This document shows, in pieces, positions 10,651-19,682 of a stretch of DNA of 64,000 bases. The stretch covers positions 704,001-768,000 of the forward strand of contig CAWJSJ010000001.1 in the NCBI GenBank assembly GCA_963845565.1, in the 5' to 3' direction. The stretch's first letter is position 1, and each line of letters opens with the position of its first letter. The notes below the pieces were generated by a model. The model was not told the origin of the DNA. It did no database searches and was given only the letters and a program-made list of their open reading frames with translations. Made by a program: the position numbers and the translations under genes. The stretch is from an uncultured Methylomirabilota bacterium. GTDB taxonomy: Bacteria > Methylomirabilota > Methylomirabilia > Methylomirabilales > 2-02-FULL-66-22.

Positions 10651-11975
10651 CGGACGCCGCCCTGATGACGCACCTCCTCCCCGCCTTGCGGGAATGCGTC
10701 GGGCCCGACGGGCTGCGCGAAGCGGCGGCGACTGCAGCCTATTCGTTGGACGGGGTCGAACCCTGGGCGGCGGTCGTGCCGTGCGACGAGGACGAGGCAT
10801 CCCGCGCGCTGGCCCTGGCGTCCGAGCATGGGTTGGCGGTCGTGCCCTGGGGCGGGGGCGCCCACCAGTCGGTAGGCCACCTCCCCACGCGCTACGACCT
10901 GGCGCTGGATCTCCGGCGGATGAATCAGATTCGCGCGTACGAACCGGCGGATATGACCGTCACGGTCCACGCGGGAGTCACGGTCGCCGACCTGCAGCGG
11001 GTCCTCGCGGAGGCCGATCAGTTCTTCCCCCTGGACCCGCCGCTTCCCGATCGCGCCACGATCGGCGGGGTGGTGGCCGCGAACCTCAACGGTCCGTTGC
11101 GCTGCCGGTACGGGACGGTCCGCGACCTGGTGCTGGGGATGCGCGTGGCGCATGCGGACGGTACGATCACCAAGGCGGGCGCCCGCGTCGTGAAGAATGC
11201 CACGGCCTACGACGTGACCAAGCTGCACGTGGGGGCCCACGGGACGCTGGGGATGGTCCTCGAGGCCACCCTTCGGGTACAGCCGCGGCCGGCTCTCGAG
11301 CGGGGCTGGTGGCTGGTCGGTGCGCCCGTCGAGGAATGCCAGACCCTTGCCACACGTCTGCTCGGCTCGCATCTGGCGCCCAATCGCCTGGAAGTCATCG
11401 TCGGGGACGGCAGGGCGATCTGTGGCTCGCCGGAACCCGGCCCAGCGCTGATGATCAGCTTCGCCGGGGTTCAGGACGCGGTCGAGGACCAAGCGGCGGC
11501 GCTTGACGGACTGGCACGGCGCGCGGGGTTCCGGATTGTCGCCGTCGAGAATGGCCCCGCGGTGTGGCGGATGCTCCAGGATTTTCCCTGGGGATTCACC
11601 ATGCATGGGACGGCGTTCCGGATAGCCTGGCGCGCGAGCGTGCTGCCATCCGATTGCGCCAAGACCATGCAGGCGCTCGCCGCCGGCATACCCCCGACCG
11701 GCATGGCCATGGCGGCCACGGTCGCCCATGGGGTACTCCGGGGCGAGATCTGCGCCGCCAGACCGGACGATCTCGTCGTCCGATTGCGGGAGGCGCGGGA
11801 GGCGGTGAGCGGGGTGGGTGGGTTCCTGGTCGTGACGGCCGCTCCCGCGCCGATCCGGGGGGCGGTCACCATGTGGGGTCCCACGCCGGGCGACGCGGCC
11901 CTGATGCGACAACTCAAGGCGGCATTCGACCCGCGAGGCGTGTTGAACCCTGGGCGTTTCATAGACGGTCTGTAA
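10647..11975 (+). CDS. glcE: Glycolate oxidase FAD-binding subunit GlcE
   Basis: ATIGGVVAAN, RYGTVRDLVLG, VVKNATAYD, FDPRGVLNPGRF; ATGA overlap with glcD. Confidence 0.87.
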   Translation: MTDAALMTHLLPALRECVGPDGLREAAATAAYSLDGVEPWAAVVPCDEDEASRALALASEHGLAVVPWGGGAHQSVGHLPTRYDLALDLRRMNQIRAYEPADMTVTVHAGVTVADLQRVLAEADQFFPLDPPLPDRATIGGVVAANLNGPLRCRYGTVRDLVLGMRVAHADGTITKAGARVVKNATAYDVTKLHVGAHGTLGMVLEATLRVQPRPALERGWWLVGAPVEECQTLATRLLGSHLAPNRLEVIVGDGRAICGSPEPGPALMISFAGVQDAVEDQAAALDGLARRAGFRIVAVENGPAVWRMLQDFPWGFTMHGTAFRIAWRASVLPSDCAKTMQALAAGIPPTGMAMAATVAHGVLRGEICAARPDDLVVRLREAREAVSGVGGFLVVTAAPAPIRGAVTMWGPTPGDAALMRQLKAAFDPRGVLNPGRFIDGL

Positions 11976-11988
11976 TTGGGGGCGAGGC

Positions 11989-13380
11989 TTGAGGACAGAG
12001 ACGCCGGTGACACCCTCCGAGGCGAGTGAGAGCCCGCGGCCATCCCTCCCACAGAGTTGGCCCGGGTGGCCGCCGATTCAGGACTGCGTGCACTGCGGCC
12101 TGTGCCTCGCCAGCTGCCCGACGTATCTGAGCACGGGAATCGAGATGTCCTCGCCTCGGGGGCGGATCGCCATGGTGCGAGCCCTGGGCGACGGGCGCGG
12201 CGGCTTCAGCCCGGAACTGGTCAAGCACCTCGATCAGTGCCTGGGGTGTCTGGCGTGCGAGGTGGCGTGTCCGTCCGGTGTGGTCTACGGGCATGCCTTG
12301 GAGGAGGCGCGCGAAGCCATCGAGGCACAGTACGAGCGTGCGCCGGCGGATCGCCTGATGCGTTGGCTCCTGGAGCACCTGTTTCCCTATCCGCATCGGT
12401 TGCGGTGGGCGCTCCACGCCCTGTACCTGTACCAGCGGTTCGGAGTCTCCCGGGCGGTTCGCGCCTCCGGGCTGCTGCGTGCGCTGTCGGGACGGCTGGC
12501 CCAGATGGAGGCGCTCCTGCCGACGGTACCGTCCCCGCGGGAGCGCCGACCGCTTCCCGAGGTCACGCTGGCCGCGCGCCCCCGGCGCGGCCGGGTCGGA
12601 TTCCTGACCGGGTGCGCGCAACGGTATCTCCTGCCGGGACTCAACCGGGCGACGGTGCGGGTGCTGGCCGCGGCCGGCTTTGACGTGGTGACACCCCCGA
12701 CCCAGGGGTGCTGCGGCGCGCTCCACGCGCACGCCGGCGATCTGGGCGAAGCGCGGAGCATGGCCCGCGCAGTTATCGAGACGTTCGAAGGGGCGCAGGT
12801 GGACATGGTGGTCGCCAACGCCGCCGGGTGCGGCGCGGCCATGAAGCAGTACGGGCACCTGCTGCGCGACGATTCGGCCTGGCGGGAGCGCGCCGTACGG
12901 TTCAGCGCGCAGGTCCGCGATGTCACCCAGGTCCTGGCCGACGTCCCCTGGAATGGAGAGCTGCGCACCGTGCCGGTGTCGGTGACCTACCACGAGGCCT
13001 GCCATCTCGCGCACGCGCAGCGGATCCGCAGCGAACCGCGGACCGTCCTGATGCAGATCCCTGGGTTGCGCCTCGTCGAGCTGACCGAGTCGGATCTCTG
13101 TTGCGGCAGCGCCGGCACGTACAACATGCTTCAGCCCGAGATGGCGAACCGACTCCTGGCGCGGAAAGTGGACCGTATTCGGCAGGCCGACACCGATTTC
13201 GTCGCGGCCGGCAACATTGGCTGCCTCCTGCAGATCCAGCTCGGCTTGCAGGAGGCGGGCGCTCGAACGCGTGCCATCCATCCCGTCGAATTGCTGGACT
13301 GGGCCCTCCACGGGATGCCGGGGAGGGCACCGGGCGCCCACCCCGAGCAGGAGAAAGCGAGAACGCGCACCAGCCCGTGA
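11989..13380 (+). CDS. glcF: Glycolate oxidase iron-sulfur subunit GlcF
   Basis: CVHCGLCLASCP and CLGCLACEVACP ferredoxin motifs, two CCG domains; start codon uncertain. Confidence 0.9.
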   Translation: MRTETPVTPSEASESPRPSLPQSWPGWPPIQDCVHCGLCLASCPTYLSTGIEMSSPRGRIAMVRALGDGRGGFSPELVKHLDQCLGCLACEVACPSGVVYGHALEEAREAIEAQYERAPADRLMRWLLEHLFPYPHRLRWALHALYLYQRFGVSRAVRASGLLRALSGRLAQMEALLPTVPSPRERRPLPEVTLAARPRRGRVGFLTGCAQRYLLPGLNRATVRVLAAAGFDVVTPPTQGCCGALHAHAGDLGEARSMARAVIETFEGAQVDMVVANAAGCGAAMKQYGHLLRDDSAWRERAVRFSAQVRDVTQVLADVPWNGELRTVPVSVTYHEACHLAHAQRIRSEPRTVLMQIPGLRLVELTESDLCCGSAGTYNMLQPEMANRLLARKVDRIRQADTDFVAAGNIGCLLQIQLGLQEAGARTRAIHPVELLDWALHGMPGRAPGAHPEQEKARTRTSP

Positions 13381-13455
13381 GCAGCCACGGCGCGTGACAC
13401 GCTGCGCACACACCCTCGAATAGCGAACGTCCAACGTTCAGAAAAGGAGCAGACC

Positions 13456-13929
13456 ATGGCAGCGGAAGTAGGACAGAAGGCACCGGAGTTCACACTGGTC
13501 GGCACGGACCTGAAGGCGGTCGGTCTGAAGGATTTTGCGAACAAGAACGTCGTCCTGGCGTTCTACCCGGCGGCGTTCACCGGCGTATGCGAGAAGGAAT
13601 TGTGCACCTTTCGGGACGCCTTGAACGATTTTGCGAGCGCCAGCACCGCGGTGGTGGGGGTCAGCGTGGACTCGCCGTTCGCCAACAAGGAATTCGCCGG
13701 AAAGAACGGCCTGAATTTCCCGCTCCTGTCGGATCTCAACCGGGATGCCATCGCCAAGTACGACGTGGTGTTCAACGACCTGGCGGGCGTCAAGGGCTTC
13801 ACGGTGGCGAAGCGGTCCGTGTTCGTCATCGACAAGTCCGGGACCATTCGGTACCGGTGGGTCGCCCCGGAGCCCAAGGTCGAGCCGGACTACGCCGAGG
13901 TGAAGGCGGCCGTCAAGAAGCTCGGCTAG
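13456..13929 (+). CDS. Peroxiredoxin (AhpC/TSA family)
   Basis: [15 protein letters not shown] (PxxxTxxC), [22 protein letters not shown]. Confidence 0.93.
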   Translation: MAAEVGQKAPEFTLVGTDLKAVGLKDFANKNVVLAFYPAAFTGVCEKELCTFRDALNDFASASTAVVGVSVDSPFANKEFAGKNGLNFPLLSDLNRDAIAKYDVVFNDLAGVKGFTVAKRSVFVIDKSGTIRYRWVAPEPKVEPDYAEVKAAVKKLG

Positions 13930-13930
13930 T

Positions 13931-14099
13931 CGGATGCTGAAGAACCGGTTTTCGCCCAGGTTGCTCAAAAAGGTCCAGATGCAAGGCGGCGCGCAAAGGG
14001 CGGGGCACCCACCGAAGGTGGGTCAAGGCGTACTCCAGGTACGCCGCAGCGAGTGCCCGAGCAAGCCAACGCAGCAGATGGGCCTTTTTCAGCGGCCTG
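13931..14099. mobile_element. MITE-like element with nested terminal inverted repeats
   Basis: CAGGTTGCTCAAAAAGGTCCAGATGC (13957-13982) pairs imperfectly with GCAGATGGGCCTTTTTCAGCGGCCTG (14074-14099); extra end motif GGATGCTGAAGAA at 13932; internal GGCGTAC..GTACGCC hairpin; no coding capacity. Confidence 0.7.
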
Positions 14100-14112
14100 C
14101 GAGGGAGTCCCC

Positions 14113-14635
14113 ATGTTCAGCGAGCTGGCCAAGGGGTTGGCGACAACCCTGAAGCACATGTTTCGAAAGACGGAGACAGTCGGGTACCCGGAGCAGCGGC
14201 TACCGCTAGCGCCGCGGTATCGCGGCCGGCACATCCTGATCAAGGATGAGGATGGGCTGGAGCGCTGCGTGGGGTGCGAGCTGTGCGCCGTCGCCTGCCC
14301 GGCGGACGCGATCTACATCGAGGCGGCGGAGAACACGGATGACGCAGCGGGTCTCCCACGGCGAGCGGTACGCCAAGGTGTACAAGATCCACATGCTGCG
14401 GTGCATCTTCTGCGGGATGTGCGAAGAGGCCTGCCCGGAGGACGCCATCTTCATGGGGAAGCAGTACGAACTGGCATCCTATCGGCGGGACGATTTCGTG
14501 TACAGCAAGGAACGGCTGCTGCTGCCGCTGCGGGAAGCGGCCAAGCAGCGCCCGGAGCTGCTCCAGCCCGGAACAGGACTCGGGATGGGGCAGCAGTACA
14601 GACCGGCCCAACAGATGCCGGCGTCACGAACCTAG
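14113..14635 (+). CDS. nuoI: NADH-quinone oxidoreductase subunit I, split by a +1 frameshift near 14344 (error or pseudogene)
   Basis: Frame 1: [34 protein letters not shown]; next frame: [29 protein letters not shown]. Confidence 0.88.
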
Positions 14636-14677
14636 CGCGAGCGCTGCTCGCGGTTCACAGGGGGAGGGGGGATTACC

Positions 14678-15304
14678 ATGGCGTACGAGTGGAAACTGAA
14701 GGCTCGTCCGTATTCGGACGAAGAGGCCAAGAAGCTGCTGGCGAATGTGGTCAGCTCTGAAACGACCGATTGGCACTACAACACGCACCACAAGGGGTAC
14801 GTGACGGCCCTGAACAACATCGAGAAGGGGCTGGAGACGGCGGACCGCGCGGCGGCGAACGGCAACTACAGCGTGATCGGTGAACTCAAGCGCCGGTTCA
14901 CCTGGAACCATGCCGGCACGTTGCTCCACGACATCTATTGGGAGGTCTTGGGCGGCGACGGGGACCCGAAGAAAGGCGCGGATGTCCTCGCGACCATCGA
15001 GCGCGACTTCGGAAGCTTCGACACGTGGAAGGCAGATTTCAAGGCCGCCACGGTGTCGGCGAAGCTGAGCGGCTGGGGCTTGCTGGTCTACGACCGACTC
15101 GGCTCGCAGCGACTCCTGAACGTCCTGGTGGACGAACACCACTACGGGGCCATCTGGGGCGGGGTTCCGCTGGTCGCCTGCGACGTGTTCGAGCACGCCT
15201 ACTACCACAAGGACGGCCCGGCCCGCGCCAAGTACATCGACAATTTCCTGGCCGGTTTGCACTGGGGACGGGTCAACGACCGGTTCAAGAAGTACTGTAA
15301 GTAG
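14678..15304 (+). CDS. Fe/Mn superoxide dismutase
   Basis: [30 protein letters not shown] metal-ligand motifs. Confidence 0.93.
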   Translation: MAYEWKLKARPYSDEEAKKLLANVVSSETTDWHYNTHHKGYVTALNNIEKGLETADRAAANGNYSVIGELKRRFTWNHAGTLLHDIYWEVLGGDGDPKKGADVLATIERDFGSFDTWKADFKAATVSAKLSGWGLLVYDRLGSQRLLNVLVDEHHYGAIWGGVPLVACDVFEHAYYHKDGPARAKYIDNFLAGLHWGRVNDRFKKYCK

Positions 15305-15329
15305 TCGGTGTAACCCATTACAGAAATGT

Positions 15330-15372
15330 AACAACAGCCGCGCCGATGATCTTCGGCTCGGCTGTTGTTTTT
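15330..15372 (+). terminator. Intrinsic terminator after sod
   Basis: AACAACAGCCG-C-GCCGA..TCGGC-T-CGGCTGTTGTT stem followed by T-run. Confidence 0.75.
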
Positions 15373-15499
15373 CGTGTCCCGATCCGTGAAACGTCACATG
15401 TCGGAGAGTGAGGCGACCCTGCGCGGCACCATCACACGGGTATGCCCCGGTCCACCGTCGCCAAGCCTTGCAGGCCATTTGCCTCCAGCCCGTCACCTA

Positions 15500-15820
15500 C
15501 GCCCACGACACGAACAGCTATCACACCACGGCCCGCGGGGACCGGCGCGTGGCGGCCTATATCGAGGGCCTGTCGCGAACCGACCAAGCCATCATCGCCG
15601 TCGCCTTGACGGGGGTCGCCGAGCGTGGCCGGGAGGCCCGGGGGGTCACCTTGCGGCAGCTCGGTGGCAAGCTGTAGGAGCTCCGGATCGGTCCGCACCG
15701 GGTCTTCTATGTCCTCTGGCACCCGGCGGAGATTGTGCTGCTCAATGCCTATCAGAAACAGACGCAGAAAGCGCCCGCGCGGCACGTGAAGGTCGCGCAG
15801 CGCCGGATGGCAGCGGGAAG
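15500..15820 (+). pseudogene. RelE/ParE-superfamily (Gp49/HigB-like) toxin remnant
   Basis: In-frame YHTTARGDRRVAAYIEGL..RQLGGKL*ELRIGPHRVFY..IVLLNAYQKQTQKAP; TAG 15675-15677 where family members typically have Trp (LWELR); no start codon or antitoxin seen. Confidence 0.75.
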
Positions 15821-15932
15821 CAGAGGGGGCAATTGGGCGACGGCAGGCGAGTCGATTAGGCACGAGTCAACCGGGCAGGGGTCGAGGAATCCGACAAAGA
15901 GGACCCTGGGGGTCCGACGGCGCGTTTTCTGC

Positions 15933-15961
15933 TTGCCTCGAGACCGGTCAGGCCTTATCCT
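15933..15961 (+). promoter_or_regulatory. Putative sigma70 promoter
   Basis: TTGCCT, 17 nt, TATCCT upstream of the small Zn-ribbon ORF. Confidence 0.5.
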
Positions 15962-16074
15962 TACCCGTCTTTTTGCCACAGCGGGTGAACCCTGTTGGCG
16001 GAGTCGGGATCACATCATGGGGGCAGCGGTGCCCCTCTGACGCTGCGGGACGCAGCAGAAGGGAGCGGCTAGAG

Positions 16075-16248
16075 ATGGCTGAGAGCAAGGTACAAAAGGT
16101 GGCTCGCCAGAGCGCTGTGCGGAAGTCGGTCGGGACCTGCCAGTGCGGCGGCGAGCTGATCTGGGCCCAGGTGGTCACGGCCCGCCCGCGCATGATGAAG
16201 ATCTGCGAGAAGTGCGGCGCTTTCCACGACAAGGAACAATCCTCCTAG
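16075..16248 (+). CDS. Small basic Zn-ribbon-like protein, 57 aa
   Basis: MAESKVQKVARQSAVRKSVGTCQCGGELIWAQVVTARPRMMKICEKCGAF; CxC..CxxC; RBS AAGGGAG. Confidence 0.7.
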   Translation: MAESKVQKVARQSAVRKSVGTCQCGGELIWAQVVTARPRMMKICEKCGAFHDKEQSS

Positions 16249-16398
16249 CCACCCCTCGCACGCCTGTTTCGACGGTGGGAACTCACACCTCCTGTTGGGC
16301 GGTCGCTGACCCACAGAACAGGAGAGATGTTGAGGGTGTGTTCGCCGTCGACATCGATCGAGGCGGGCGTCGGCTCGGGACCATGTTCGAGTTGAGGC

Positions 16399-16440
16399 CA
16401 ACGCCCCGAGAATCCTCGCGATTCTCGGGGCGTTGCGTTT
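16399..16440 (+). terminator. Perfect 16-bp hairpin, likely terminator
   Basis: CAACGCCCCGAGAATC / GATTCTCGGGGCGTTG with 5-nt loop, short T tract after. Confidence 0.65.
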
Positions 16441-16473
16441 CGCGCTACACACGTCGGGGCCGTCCCGGCGGCT

Positions 16474-17235
16474 ATGGAGTCTTCCGTGGAGAACCCGCCA
16501 CCGTTGGATCGGATGTTACGGAATCGGCTGACCGCCGTGTTCCTGGCGGCGTTCGAGGACCCCGCGCAGCGGGACGCGTTGGACTGGCTGTCGCTGTATT
16601 GCGAGCTCGCACCGGGTTGGAACAACGGGCTCGTGCCGGTGGCTGCGCTCCTGAAGGCACGATCTGGCGCAAGCCGGGTCGCGTTACAGGAGGCGGTGGG
16701 GAGCCTCGGCGGGATTCTGCAATGGCAGCCGGGCGAATCGGCCGGCGTCGCCCCGGAACCCGTATTGCTCGCGTGCCTCGCGCCGGTGACCGCGATGGTT
16801 CGGCTCTATCTGACGGTCCTACACGAGGCGGACGGGCGGCGGGCGACGCTGGACGCGATGGAGCCCCTCTCGAGAACGGTCACCGAGGCCGCTTTCTGTT
16901 TCAATGCCGGGCTGTTCTTCGAGGCCCACGAGCATCTGGAGCATCGGTGGGTGGCGTTGCCGCGCGGACCCGTCAGGCGGTTTGTGCAAGGGATCATTCA
17001 GATCAGTGTCGGCTTGTATCATGCCCGGCGGGGGAGCTACCACGGTGCCGTCAATCAATTGGCGAAAGGACTGGAGAAGCTGGGGGGCCTGAGCGGTTCC
17101 GTGATGGGGTTGGACTGCGGCCAGCTCGTGCGCGAAGTGGACGCCTTCCGCCGGCGACTCGTTGTCCGTGGCTCCGACGACCGGGGACCCGCACGGCTTG
17201 AAGAGATGCCGCGCATACGTATGATGAATCTCTGA
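16474..17235 (+). CDS. DUF309 domain-containing protein with N-terminal extension
   Basis: FNAGLFFEAHEHLEHRW..VQGIIQISVGLYH..GA signature. Confidence 0.8.
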   Translation: MESSVENPPPLDRMLRNRLTAVFLAAFEDPAQRDALDWLSLYCELAPGWNNGLVPVAALLKARSGASRVALQEAVGSLGGILQWQPGESAGVAPEPVLLACLAPVTAMVRLYLTVLHEADGRRATLDAMEPLSRTVTEAAFCFNAGLFFEAHEHLEHRWVALPRGPVRRFVQGIIQISVGLYHARRGSYHGAVNQLAKGLEKLGGLSGSVMGLDCGQLVREVDAFRRRLVVRGSDDRGPARLEEMPRIRMMNL

Positions 17236-17369
17236 CGGCGTCTCCGGCCCGTCCGGCGGCTTCGCTCGACAGCGGTTCGCAAACTTGCTAGATTCGGAGG
17301 CATCGCGGCGCCGCGAGGTGCAATCGCGTGGCGGAGCCATCGGAGGTCGTCCGGCACGAAGAGGCAAGC

Positions 17370-18686
17370 ATGGGGTACCAGCCGATTGTCCGAGAGGCGC
17401 AGCGGACGTTTCCCCTCGCCTCGGCGTCCCTGTGGGACCTGCTGGCCAACACCGACCACCTGGACCGCTCGATCGGCCTGCCGCACGTGGCGTTTGGGCC
17501 ACTCACGGTCACGGCAGACGCTCTCTATCGTGAGGCGACGGCGCGCTTCTGGCATTTCCTGCGTATGACCTGGCGCGAATACCCATTCGAGTGGGTCCGA
17601 GGCCAGCGATACGCGGTCTTGCGCCTCTTCGACTCGGGACCGTTGAACGCGTTCTACGGTGGCGTGGAGGTGACGGACGAGGGCCAGCGGAGCCGCCTGC
17701 GGGTATTCGCAGAATTCACGCCGCGGACGCCGCTGGGCTGGGCCATGGCGCGGATGCTGGCACGGAAAGGGATCCGGGACATCTTCGCCTACTGCCAGCG
17801 ATTCGTCGCCCTCCGCACCTCGAACTTGGACATCGGTCTGCCACCGCCGCCGCGGGTGAGCCCCGTGAACCGTTCCATGCTTGATCGGATGTCTGGCGCG
17901 CTGCAGGGCGAGACGGTGGGCGCCCCCCTAATGGCGCGTTTTGTCCGGCACGTGGCGACCGCCTCGGATGCCGAGGTGCTGCGGATGCAGCCGTACGGGC
18001 TGGCGGACGCGTGGGGAGCGGACCGGGCGGAGATGCTGCGGCTGCTCGTCGGTGCGGAGCGACAGGGGGCGCTGCAGCAGACCTGGGAGGTGATGTGTCC
18101 GAACTGCCGGGTGCCGACGGTACGGACCGGCAGCCTGGCCGGCGTTCCGGACCGGCTCCATTGCGACACCTGCGGCATCGCGTACGACACCGACCTGGAG
18201 CGCTGGGTGGAACTGCGATACTCCGTCACCCCCCAGCTGCGACCGGCGAAGGACGAGGTGTATTGCATCGGAGGACCGGCCAACGCGCCGCACGTGTGGG
18301 CACAGCACTACATGCTGCCCGGGACGGAGCGGACCTTCTCCCTCACGTTGCCTGAGGAAGCGTTTCGCGTGCGGGTTCTTCGGGTCAATCGGATGTGCCC
18401 GCTGGAGCCGGACCACGCCGCCGTCGGTGACGCGACCTTCACCTACCGCCCGGATGGCTGGTTCCAGATCCGTCAAGGGTTCCGGCCCGGCTCCGTGACG
18501 GTGCGGCTCCGGAACGAGGCGCCGCACGTTGCGGTCGTAGTGCTGGAGCGCGTCCAAGCAGACCCGCGGGCCATCACCGCGGCGCAGGTCCTGCGGCAGT
18601 CGGAATTCCGCGAGATCGCCGGGGCTGGCGTGGCTCCACCCGGCACGTCGAGCGACGGCGTCGACGCGCCACCGAAGCGGCGCTGA
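17370..18686 (+). CDS. SRPBCC-like + DUF5939-like protein without a cyclase domain
   Basis: WREYPFEWV, LRMQPYGLADAWG, WEVMCPNC..HCDTCG, YCIGGPANAPHV; ends shortly after ITAAQVLRQSEFRE. Confidence 0.65.
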   Translation: MGYQPIVREAQRTFPLASASLWDLLANTDHLDRSIGLPHVAFGPLTVTADALYREATARFWHFLRMTWREYPFEWVRGQRYAVLRLFDSGPLNAFYGGVEVTDEGQRSRLRVFAEFTPRTPLGWAMARMLARKGIRDIFAYCQRFVALRTSNLDIGLPPPPRVSPVNRSMLDRMSGALQGETVGAPLMARFVRHVATASDAEVLRMQPYGLADAWGADRAEMLRLLVGAERQGALQQTWEVMCPNCRVPTVRTGSLAGVPDRLHCDTCGIAYDTDLERWVELRYSVTPQLRPAKDEVYCIGGPANAPHVWAQHYMLPGTERTFSLTLPEEAFRVRVLRVNRMCPLEPDHAAVGDATFTYRPDGWFQIRQGFRPGSVTVRLRNEAPHVAVVVLERVQADPRAITAAQVLRQSEFREIAGAGVAPPGTSSDGVDAPPKRR

Positions 18687-18764
18687 CGACGAGGTGGCGC
18701 AGGCGCGCGGAACATCATCCCGGCCGGGTTCAAGGCGACGGGGAAGAGCAGGGAGGGTTGAGGA

Positions 18765-19658
18765 ATGGCACGACCGTCTGGACGCAAGGCGAGCAAATAC
18801 GCGTTCCTTCTTGGCGAGCACATCTCTCATTCGCTGTCACCCGCCATCCACAATCCCGCGTACACGGCCCTGGGATTGGACTACGAATTTGGCTTGATGG
18901 ACGTCCCGCCGTCGGGACTCCGGGAAGCGCTGGCGCGCATGCGGGAGCCGGACTGCCTGGGGGGCAATATCACCATGCCCTACAAGCGCGACGTCCTGGC
19001 CGCAGCGGACGAGTGCTCGGACACGGTCCGTCGGTGCGAGGCCGCCAGCCTCATGATTAACCGCAAGGGGCGGTTCTTGCTGCACAACAATGATGTCGAA
19101 GCGATCGCTGCGTGCCTGGGTCGTCGCGCGGCCACGGTGGCCAAGGGCCCCGCGGTGATCATCGGGGCAGGGGGCTCGGCCGCCGCGATGCTGGAGGCGC
19201 TGCGCCGCGTGCCACCGACCCGAATCGTCGTGCTGGCTAGGCGGCCGGAAGCCGCCAAGGCGCTCGTCGAGCGGGCCAAAGAGTGGGTCGGAGTTCCGAT
19301 CGAGTCGGGTCATCTCGCGGAAGGTGGCGGGAAGATGGCCGACGCGGCCGTCATTTTCAACGCGACATCCCTGGGCGTGCACCCGGATGACCCCAGCCCG
19401 GTGCCCCGGGAGGTCTTGCGACCTGGCCTGCTGGTCTATGACATCGTGTACCAACGTGAGGCGCTAAACACGCTGCAAACCGAGGCCCTGGCTGCAGGCG
19501 CACTGGTGTGCGACGGGATGATGCACATCTTTGAGCAAGCACCGTTCAGTTTCCAGATGCTCACGGACCGCGAGGCGCCGCGCGCTTTGATGCTGGAGAG
19601 TCTGGTCGCGGCGACCGGGCGCAAGCCACTCGATTGGGGGTCGGATTCAACCGTGTGA
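18765..19658 (+). CDS. Shikimate/quinate dehydrogenase family protein (divergent AroE paralog)
   Basis: GEHISHSLSPAIHN, GGNITMPYK, IGAGGSA, NATSLG, YDIVY, DGMMH. Confidence 0.85.
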   Translation: MARPSGRKASKYAFLLGEHISHSLSPAIHNPAYTALGLDYEFGLMDVPPSGLREALARMREPDCLGGNITMPYKRDVLAAADECSDTVRRCEAASLMINRKGRFLLHNNDVEAIAACLGRRAATVAKGPAVIIGAGGSAAAMLEALRRVPPTRIVVLARRPEAAKALVERAKEWVGVPIESGHLAEGGGKMADAAVIFNATSLGVHPDDPSPVPREVLRPGLLVYDIVYQREALNTLQTEALAAGALVCDGMMHIFEQAPFSFQMLTDREAPRALMLESLVAATGRKPLDWGSDSTV

Positions 19659-19682
19659 GTCATGAGGGTTGGAGGTCTAGGC

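Noticed and set aside
14330..14360. Programmed ribosomal frameshift in nuoI
   Set aside because: No slippery heptamer or stimulatory signal; the same +1 pattern appears in unrelated genes
15675..15677. In-frame TAG as possible pyrrolysine or readthrough
   Set aside because: It falls at a typical Trp position (single TGG>TAG change), the gene also lacks a start and partner, and no pyl genes are in the window
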